DNA of 29,006 bases, from the NCBI GenBank assembly GCA_002189035.1, contig NEEC01000252.1, forward strand, positions 1 through 29,006, given 5' to 3'. The position numbers were made by a program, and so were the translations under genes. The notes beneath the pieces were generated by a model. That model had not been told where the DNA came from. It saw nothing but the letters and a program-made list of their open reading frames with translations, and did not search any database. This DNA comes from Utricularia gibba. Taxonomy: Eukaryota; Plantae; Magnoliophyta. Shown here piece after piece: positions 1 to 9,491 of this stretch (positions within the stretch are counted from its first letter, which is position 1; the number at the start of each line of letters is the position of its first letter).

Positions 1-5
1 TGCAG

Positions 6-1863
6 ATGCCAAAATGTGGAAGCTGGCGCTTAAAATTAAAGAAGACATGGAGATGCACGGAGTCATTCCCAATGCCATCACATGGTCTTCATTGATCACT
101 GCTTGTGCAAATGCAGGTCTCGTTGAACAGGCCATTAAATTATTTGATGAAATGCTCCTAGCTGGTGTGAGGCCAAATTCTCGATGCTTCAATGTCATTC
201 TCCATGCGTTCGTTGAAACTTGCCAATTTGATCGTGCCTTCGGACCTTTAAATGCTGGAAGGATTTTGGGTTCCGAGTGAGAATTGGTGATGATGTGTGG
301 AAAAAACCAGCAAATTAATGAAATATGATCTGATGGAAGTATCAATGTGTCACCCCTCATCCTCAACAGTTAATGTTCCTTCCAACCGACTACTACAACA
401 TACAACATTCTGATGCAAGCCTGTGGTGCTGACTATCACCGTGCTAAAGAGTTGATGGAGGAAATGAAGAACGTTGGCCTTTGTCCTGACCGTATAAGCT
501 GGTCAATATTAATGAATATTTGTGGGACTTGGGAAATGTTGCTGGCACCATACAGGTAAATTTTTTCTTTGTTGAAGAAAAAAGTGTCGTTGATGTAGAA
601 GCATTGCTATATGGGATTCTATGTATCCAAGAAAAGTATCTCACTCTTGCAGATCCTGAGATCCATGCGTGAAGATGGTGTGGAACCTGATGTCATCGCA
701 TACACAACGGCTATCAAGGTGCGAATGCTTGTTCTTGAATTAGTATCCCAGTTATAAAGGCGGGAGTGGTTTTGTTGGCGTACATTTGAATACAAGGTCA
801 TTTCTGGTGATCTGAAGGATTAAATTATGAATCTGCAGATTTGCGTGAAACACAAGAACCCAAAACTTGCGTTTATGCTTTTCGGAGAGATGAAAAAATA
901 TCACATAAAACCAAATGTGGTAAGATTTTATGCCTATTTTTCTATCCATGTCGGCATCATCAATGTGTAAGCTGCCGATGCTTAAATTTCAGGTTACTTA
1001 TAGAACAATGCTCAGAGCTCGTAGTAGATATGGCTCCCTAGATGAAGTACAGCAATGCCTTGTTGTGTATCAAGATATGAGAAAAGCAGGGTGGGTATGC
1101 ATGCTACCAAGTGTCTCTTTACTGCATGATGAGATGAAACCACAGCATGTGGATGAGTGATAAATGGGTCGTTTTTTCACCATCCTTCTGAAGGTACAAG
1201 CCTAATGACTACTACCTCAAACAACTGATCGAAGAGTGGTGTGAAGGCGTGATAGAAAATGAAACTTCAAAGAACGGCCAAGTTCAGCGTAGCAGAGCAG
1301 AGTCTGGTTCTCGAAGTGTGCTACTTGAGAAGGTCGCCGAGCACCTGAAGGATAGAAATGCCGAGAACATCTGCATTGACCTCCGAGGTGTCACCAAGGT
1401 ACATAGTCTAGAGTAATTGTTGGAAGCAGGTTATTTTCCTGAAGAAGCAGCCCTAATGATAGTGTTGAGTCAACAGGTGGAAGCACGAATTGTTGTCCTT
1501 GCAGTTCTGAGGAAGATCAAAGAGAAGTATAGTAGGGGTTCCTTGATAAAAGAGGACGTCCTTATCATACTTGGGCAGCATCAGGATGGTTTCAGGGATG
1601 AAGGATCTAAAGACGAAGATGGAGTCAGGGAAGCGGTGACTTCACTGTTACGGCACCATCTGGGGCTTGAGGTTTTTGCGGCAGGAAAGGAAGCCAACTT
1701 GGAGAAAGAAGGCCCGAAGTCGGAAAAACGCAGCAGCAGACAGAATGAATCCCCAAAATCATCGAAAGCTTTTTCCAGAAGGCCTGCGGTGCTTCAAAGA
1801 CTGATGGTCACCAAACACTCCTTGAATCGATGGCTGCAAAGAAAGAGCGTCCCACGCCATTAG
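6..1863 (+). CDS. Pentatricopeptide-repeat protein with SMR-like C-terminal domain (At5g02830-like), 5'-partial. Exons 6-555, 653-718, 839-919, 993-1090, 1194-1398, 1477-1863
   Basis: PPR motifs (GVIPNAITWSSLITACANAGLVEQA; PTTTTYNILMQACG; PDVIAYTTAIK; KPNVVTYRTMLRAR) and C-terminal IDLRGVTK|VEARIVVLAVLR. All introns are GT-AG and in phase. The first exon needs four -1 indel corrections (about 240, 301-306, 381, 530). Confidence 0.9.
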
Positions 1864-2113
1864 CGAGCATTCGCCTGCAATCTCGATTGGCGAACAGGAT
1901 GATGATACGAACATTTTATGTCGTGTCTAATCTTCAAGCTTCTTTGCTTCACACAGCCTCCACATTCCAAAGTGTCAAGACAGTGTATTAAAACACCTAA
2001 GGTTCAGCCCACCTCATACTCATCATCTTCATATCAAGATCTTGAAATCTAAGTCTGGGAAACAGAGCAGCAGCAGGTAGTAGTTCACGCAAATCTAAGC
2101 CATCCAGATGGTT

Positions 2114-4067
2114 TCAGGGAGACTCGCTGCCTCGCGGGGAAGCTCCATTTTCACCGCCATCAACCGAGGCCCTGTTATGCCCAGGACTAGGACTCGGACT
2201 GGGGCTGCCACGGCGGCCATTCGCGGCGTAAGGGCTCTCGTTATACCTCCGACCTGCGGGGCTGCGGCTGGTCTCCTTGGGGCTCTCACCATAACCATCT
2301 TGCTCTTCCGTCTCCATTTTACCTCTCACGGGAGGCGAAGCACTTCTCTCCAACACAACATCTCTATCGGGCGTCACACTGCGCTTCCTCGAGTCGTAGG
2401 GAGAAGATCCACGCCTTTTTGGACCAGGGCTACGATCAACAGGGCTTCTTGATCTCCTGTCCTTGTAATCAGAATCACGCCCTCCTCTCACAGGTGAACG
2501 ACTAGATGAGAGAAAACGCTGTTACCCTCAGCCTTCAGACACAACCCCCCCAACATGCACCACACAAGGAAAAAGAACAGGGTACCTATAGCTTCGGCTA
2601 CGGCTGAAACTGCGGCTTCGGCTGCGGCCCCGGCGAGGAGATCGAGATCTCGCGGGTGAACGCGAATAGCTCTGACCACGTCCACTGGAGCACCATTCAA
2701 CCGAACAACAATTAGCATCAACAAATGCAAAAACTGCAGAGGTGTCCGGTGAAATTGCAGCAGACAGCCTACAAACCTCAGTTTCTTTGGACTATTCTGG
2801 CAGTTTCTTTCGACGTGACCCCTTTCCCCGCAGCGATAGCACTTATTTTTCCAGTCACCAGCCTTGCAGTCTCGAGCCCAATGACCGTCAATGCCACAAT
2901 TGAAGCAACGTCCTGAGCCTGGAGCAGGACCTCTTCCAACATATTCCTTAACTCCTCCAGGCCCTCGTGGCACCTGAGTGTAAGAAGCAAATCCCGAAAA
3001 TGCCACCAGGAAGAAGAATAACGGGGAATGAAACCAGCCATGCAGAAAGAAAGAAATGCAGCAAGCGGAAAACAAAAACGCTCACTCCTCTAGCAAACTC
3101 CACAGTAATACGACGGCCATCAACATCTCTCCCATCCAGGTTGTATCTAGCATCATCAGCATCTCTTGGATCACTGAATTCCTGCATGATTACGGAAATG
3201 CAAAACACACGAGAACCTCGATATTTTACAGATCCAGAATGCAACCATACCATGAAAGCATTTAATAAGGCATTCACGATCAAGCGATGAGATAGGGTGG
3301 TGAAACATACAACAAAAGCGTAGTCTCGCTTCATGTCCACGTCTCGCACTCTGCGCAAATGGTTTCCAGAAAAGTAAGGCATCATAACTACTTACGTACT
3401 TCATTGGATCATACTTGGTCCTCAAGACGAACTAAACACCAGTTTGATTGTTCCAAATTCCATATAAACACGCAAAGATAACATAGAAAATCGCCAAAGA
3501 CTTCTAACAATCGGCAAAGAACCACCAAGTCCACCCTCCCACCATTGACAATCAGGTCAGGGAATCTCCACCCTCCCACCATTGACCACCAAGTCAGGCA
3601 AAGGCTCAGAACCTTCAACAGAATCATAAAGTCAAAACAAAAGAGCCCAGGAGATTTTTGGCCTTGTTCTTTGGTTAGTTTCAAAAGCTTAGTTGCGGAT
3701 TATTTTTCTAGAAGTTGGGGTAAACAATACAAAACAAAACTAATAGTATAAAAATTAAAACTTGCGCCGTTTATTGGCTTTCTCAAAAAGCATCGTAAGA
3801 TGCAAGCGAAATCCACGCTTGGAGAATGGCTAGCTCTTACTCACATTTGGGATACAAAAATAAATTACAAGTGCTACGGGAAGCAGTCAGCAGCTTCATG
3901 ACTCTCTACTTATCTGAGCAATACGGAAATTCAAGAATAAACAAACTTGTGGAGTACCTGCCATATCTACTGAAAACGTGCTCCAGATCTCGCGAGCGAG
4001 TCCTTGAGGACAAGTGGCCGACATAGAGACGGGTAGTACTTCCATACCTATCTTCGTAGCGAGGCAT
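2114..4067 (-). CDS. RS2Z33: Serine/arginine-rich splicing factor of the RS2Z subfamily (RRM + 2 CCHC zinc knuckles + RS/SP region). Coding exons 4067-3958, 3350-3311, 3181-3086, 2973-2777, 2684-2586, 2501-2114; 5'UTR intron 4354-4075
   Basis: Spliced protein [29 protein letters not shown]...[27 protein letters not shown]...[14 protein letters not shown]...[14 protein letters not shown]...SPRGSESP*. All junctions are GT-AG and in phase. RS2Z32 and RS2Z33 paralogs cannot be separated without a tree. Confidence 0.96.
3351..3612 (-). other. Putative poison segment of the RS2Z long intron (alternative 3' splice site)
   Basis: U-rich tract plus TGTTGAAG| acceptor at 3613. Using it gives AG|G TTC TGA, an immediate stop. 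Unproductive splicing in the long intron of plant RS2Z genes is established; the exact site here is inferred. Confidence 0.6.
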
Positions 4068-4383
4068 TCTTTTTCTGTCAATTTAAGATTTAGGAGGAAG
4101 AAGAATGAAATAAAAAGCAAAATGAGAATCAGGCAATTCTATCCCCAAACTCTGGCAGGAAAGAGCTAAACTAAGGAAATCGTGAAAACAAGAAACGCGC
4201 ATCACCACTTAAGAAGAATAAAAGAGATATGCGAACTACAGCCACACAAAAAAAGGAAACTTCAAATACACAAGTAATTTAGAGAAAGGCTAGAACAATA
4301 TAACAGTCGCGGCTCGCGAGAGTTCAAAAGCAACCGAAGCACGAAAACGCGTACCTTCAGGGGCGAATTCTCGATCTCGAGCA

Positions 4384-4555
4384 GAACCCTAATTTTTTTT
4401 TTCTACAAACAAAACAACTAGCGGAGGGAGAGCCAGACCTCCAGGACTTGAATGAGGTGCCTGCCTATTCGACGGCGAAATGATTGATAGATATATAACG
4501 CAACTATGAGCGAAGACTGGGCTGGGCCAACTAATCCGACCCAAGCACAGGCCCA
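4384..4555 (-). promoter_or_regulatory. RS2Z promoter/leader: telo-box-like GAACCCTAA (4384-4392), TATA-like (4491-4497), three site II elements (4518-4523, 4523-4528, 4550-4555)
   Basis: TGGGCY/RGCCCA motifs plus a telo-box-like motif, a combination known from plant translation and RNA-processing genes. Confidence 0.6.
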
Positions 4556-4599
4556 ACAGACCTAACGGTATTCATTTTTGAACATATTGATATTCTATT

Positions 4600-5780
4600 A
4601 GTAGTATACCTTACTTTTAAAATTTATTTACAAATTAACTTTATATTACATCGGACATTGTTAATGAACATATTATAATATATTTTTAAATAAATATAAT
4701 ATTTAATTTCAATAAAAATAACTTATGATTATATTCATTCTTAAATTTCAAAAAATATATGTTTTAATTTTATTTTTAAAAAAAATTGATTATTTTTAGT
4801 ATATATTACAAAAAATATTATTTATGATGTTTTATAACATTATGAATAAATTATACATGTTATTTATGGAATTACAATGCTTTTTATAAAATGTTTATAT
4901 CCATTTTAAATATATAAAATGAAATATAAAAATCATATCGATTGATTAGCATTTAATGAAAAAATTTAAATCTTAATTGATTGGTTTTATTTTTTATGTG
5001 AATATTTATTTTAGTAAAATTGCTTAATTTTATTATAAAAAAACAAGAAAGCTTACCTCAATTGGTTAAGCATTTATTTAGATCTCAAATTTTAGTATCA
5101 ACATATATTTTTCATATATATATAATTATTATTTTGAATTATGTGTGGTTATTTATTTAGTTTTTATTAATGATAGGGGTGTCTTGGAAATTTAAATGGG
5201 ATATACATTTAGGTAAAAGTCTGTCTCAATGAACAAGAACAATATCAAATTAAAAATGAATATACTTATTTAAACATATTTGGTGTGTGTGATGTAAAAA
5301 TGAGATTTACATACATATTATTTGGATAGGAAAGATCAATCACAAATAATAGAGTTTTACTCAATGCTCTTATAAGGAATAATGGATTTCATATTATTTG
5401 AGATATATTCTTGTTTATTGTTGTTGTATGAAGTGTTTCAATTTATCAAAATCAAAATAGCTTCACTTATTTTTCAATTAGATTGTCAAATTGTTTCAGT
5501 AAGCTATTATCTATGTAATAATAGTTATATGAATTATGAAGTATTCATTATATCCTATTATGAAGTTCGATAGCAATTGAAATAATTTACCAATTAATTT
5601 AAAAATCTTAATAATGTTGCAAATTATTAAACAAATGGTATTCTTTAAAAATAAAAATACAGTAAATAAATATGAATGTTTTTAATTTAATTATTTTTAA
5701 TACAAAATTTTTTAATTTAAATATGGAAAATGTAAATTTCACAAAAGTGTTTCCTAAAATCTGCGCCCCGTGCAAATTAT
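4600..5780. other. Extremely AT-rich intergenic spacer between the RS2Z promoter and the MINPP1 3' end
   Basis: Very few G/C bases and no credible ORF. No terminal repeats or target-site duplication recognised. Confidence 0.6.
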
Positions 5781-5896
5781 GTATTGTCTTTACCAAGGAA
5801 ACGTCAACTTCAAAATCTAAGCATTGGTTAAACTATTAAGGAGCAATGGAGATGACGTTGCACACACCAAACAGGTGCTGAAGAAGGAGAGGGCGT

Positions 5897-8892
5897 CTAG
5901 AGTTCATTGTTCTTGGGATTCACCGCGTCCCTCGGAAAACCCAACTCAACAACTGGAGAATCCTGGCAGCGAAGGAGGGTCGCACAGGACAAGAGGAATC
6001 CGCAGCAGAGCAAAGTAGATTGTAGTCGTGCTTCAAATGAGGGGCAGCTATCCTTTCCTGGCGGGGGCATTGGCATTTTTGTCAACCAGTGGAAACAAAG
6101 GGGGATAGAGGTTTGAGCAAGTTGTGTCCTACCTTGAAAACTTCAAAGGGACAAAAGTCTGAATCGCCACAACCCTGCACATGGACACACAATGGAGAGC
6201 ATTAGCTCTGGGGCATCCGAAATAGATGTATCAGGAAGCTCACCGCCAACGGGATTGGGCGTTCGTTGTGCAGCACTTGCACAAAATATTTGTTGGAGTT
6301 GTTTGCTGAACATCTGTACAATACCAGCATGCTATTTCCCGCAAATGGGACGATGGTACTTCCATGCCAAGCTCTCTTTTGCGGTGGCTGGGGAGGTATG
6401 TTTAATGGCTGTTCCCGCAGTAAAAGTTCGAACTCTGAAGCTCCACAAGAAAATATATCAGTGGACAGAAATGGCAAATCAGCAAAGAGGAAAACATAGG
6501 GAAGGTGTCAATCATGCTTACCAGGTTGATCAAGAAACAGTCCGATCAAACAGGAAAATGGGAGTAGTGTTTCTGCATGAGCGACCCTTATCCTTGCCTT
6601 CTCATGGTTCCTAGCTGCATTTCCATCTATCAATGTGGAAAACAAAAAGGTTGTGCAATGAAAAATCTCATTTCATGGGAGTAAAAGTCTAGGGAATGCC
6701 CAAAAATTCAACTGTCTAGGCAAATCAATGCGGTGGGAGCTAAACACAAGGAAAGCTGAGAAAAGGAAAAAAAAGATGGGAGGAACCGTGCCTTCACTAG
6801 CATTCACCGCTTGTTCCATTGAATGAATGACATCTTTAAGCAATGCAACGCCCATCCGATAATTTAAGGAATTACCATAACCCTTCAATATGAAGAGCTC
6901 AAGATCATCCGTCCACTCAAGCATCCTAACCTGCAAGTCTTACAATCAAGCCACGTTTTAAAGAAGAGTAGCATGCTAGTCTCCATTAGAGAATAAAAGC
7001 CACGAGTTAAATGGACGTCCATTTGGCAACAATACCGACCTGAATGTGTTATCATAAAGAGAAAGAAAATAAAACTACCTCATTAGGATTAAAAAGAGCA
7101 CAGGCTTGATCGGTTGTGTTCAGTAAAGAAGCTTCCTGGGATAGATGGAGCGAATAATTAAAGTTGGATACAGATAAGAATACAATGGAAAAAAATATGA
7201 GGCAACTTACCTGCTTACATAGATACCATAGGGACGATACATCATTTCCTGTGACATTCATGCCCCAACGAGAAAAAAATGCGTGGGCTATTTCATTTAG
7301 AACAGGTAGTTTCAGATTATTGACAGAAGGTTCCTGGCTCTTCCTGAATGTCTGAAAAGTCATCGCAAATCTTAGCTTCTTTACAAAAGTACACAGATTT
7401 CACAACTTGAAGGAAATATTTAATGACACGATTACCTGCTGCAATTAATATATTATGAAATGGGATACCTTGTAGTTTTGGCAGCAATCATGGAATCTCA
7501 GCATTATGTCACTGGCACGACTCTCACTGATAACTGCAAAAGCACGATGATGTTCTTGCCCAAGACTTCCTTTGCCTCTAAAGAGGCCCATGCCAAATGC
7601 TACAGCACTAGCTGATGCTCGAGGAACCTTATTACAACCATACCGTTGAAGGGAATTTGGATTAGAAAATGAAGGACAATTAAACGAAGGGGACAAGAAG
7701 CAACAGAAAAGGTTGATAAAATAGCTACTAGCAGCCTGGGTTTCCATGAAGAGGACTCCGGACAAAATTGGTGAATACATATATTATACTTATATAGTTT
7801 ATTCAGTAACTAAGGCTACAAAATTATGTATGCAAGAAAAGCTCTATGATCAAATCCAAACCTGGGTGGCTATAATTGGATAGGTATCAGGATGATACTC
7901 CTCTTCAAATAGTTCCGTAAATCTTTCTATGGTTCTAACACCTAGCTCAAACAGCTCACTTTCTCCTGCGCTAGTCAACTCTCCACCACGGTACATTCTG
8001 GTCCAAGGTGACTTCCATCCAAACAGCCAGCCGGGAATCAAATTTGAGTTTTTGTCCACATTTTCTAAAAGGACCTCCAGGCGGGTAGCTAAAGATTCCA
8101 ATTCTTTCAATTTCTTTTTGGTGGGAGCACGAGTGCCATGCCTTGCCTAAAACCAACCGATCAGGTTACCATAATGACAGGGACGCAGAAGCAGAATGGG
8201 CATAGCAAATAACTTGGTAAGCCATATCACTTTAAAAAGCCTTAGGTTTACATCAATAATAGAAATAAGGCAATAAAAACAAAACCTAGTATGGCATCTT
8301 GGATGGTCCAAAAAAGGGAAAAAAAACTCAACTGTAGATGCCAAAATAGCAGAATAAATGATTTATAACAATAGAAGCTCAATTAAAAAAAAAATGAAGT
8401 CATGATTACCAAAAGGTTTAAATGCATAGGTTTGCAATAACTAGGAATACTTGAAGGCACAAATTCCCTCCCTGGGATGCCTTTTGCGGCATCATATCTG
8501 CAAAGTGTTCAAGAATGTCATCATTATGGGGTTTTTTAACCAAAAACAAGAGTAGTCTTCACTGGGAACCTGCACTGATTTCTCTACGAAACATAATAGC
8601 GACAGTGTAGCACCCCAAAATCTAACAACTCAAGCATACTAAACCCACGGAATGAAAAGAGGTTCAAGGGACAGGAAACCTGGTCACGGTTGATAAGTGC
8701 AGGCGAACATCAAAAGAATCCTCGGCTCTGGCGAGAATTCCCATGGCACAAAAGTAGGAAGAGTAGGATGAACCTGCAGAACACTTTGTACAAGGAGTTA
8801 ACCAGGTAATTTTAGCACAATTTATGCAAATAATTCAAGAACAGAAGTTAAAAACGCAACACAGAAACACAATTTTGTAAAATACCTGCCAT
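5897..8892 (-). CDS. MINPP1: Multiple inositol polyphosphate phosphatase (histidine phosphatase clade 2, At1g09870-like). Exons 8892-8886, 8773-8680, 8497-8410, 8146-7862, 7627-7469, 7351-7211, 7135-7079, 6930-6792, 6626-6522, 6434-6244, 6174-6133, 6057-5920 (to 5897 if a 1-nt indel is corrected)
   Basis: FDVRLHLSTVTRY, catalytic RHGTRAP, PRASASAVAFGMGLF, LEWTDDLE, AHAET, QVLHNE, FCPFEVFK. Exon phases are consistent, given one GC-AG intron (6791-6627). Confidence 0.93.
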
Positions 8893-9491
8893 ATCAGCTG
8901 AAATAAGCTCAGGACTCTCGAGAGCGAGTCCTCCTTGGATATAATGGGTTACGCAGAAACGGATAGGCTAGATCAAGAGAGACGTATGACTCCGGGAAGA
9001 GAACCGAAGGTTACAGAAGAAACCAACGGATTTAGCGTCAGAATGAAAGAAAATCTCAATCCGACAGCAGGCTTAATTTTTCCGTAAAAACAGAGAAGAC
9101 GGACACCTGGGCAGCTCCGGGGAAGACGCCAATTTTCATGGAAGTGCAATGGAGGGAGAAAAATTAGAATTGTCGCGCTGGAACTTGACGGGAGGGGGGA
9201 GCGCAGATGGCTGCTATGCAGTCTCAACACATGGGCCGCCCAACGGTGAGTGAATGACGGCCGACTGTTCTCTACATGGGAAAATTGGCCCAATAGGCCT
9301 GGAAAATGACAGGGTGCGTGGAAAGAAGATCACCAGGACGTGGATTCGACTCGCACTGCCGTCGACCCGCGGTGTCGAGACCTTGAGAGAGTGGACGAGG
9401 CGACCGTCAACAAGCGATCGTGTTTCCCTCCCTCCAAGAAAAACTCATTTACAAGCCAGCAGAAGATGAAGCGTTCATTCTCTATACCTAC

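Noticed and set aside
2095-3385. Several 60-195 aa ORFs on both strands over RS2Z
   Set aside because: They are alternative-frame or antisense shadows of GC-rich SR exons and intron read-through, with no independent motifs or splice structure.
4590-5790. Possible Helitron or MITE in the AT-rich spacer
   Set aside because: No clear TC...CTRR ends, subterminal hairpin, TIRs or TSD found by eye.
8973-9469. 106-aa and 71-aa ORFs near the MINPP1 promoter
   Set aside because: No recognisable motif; they overlap promoter and UTR-intron sequence.
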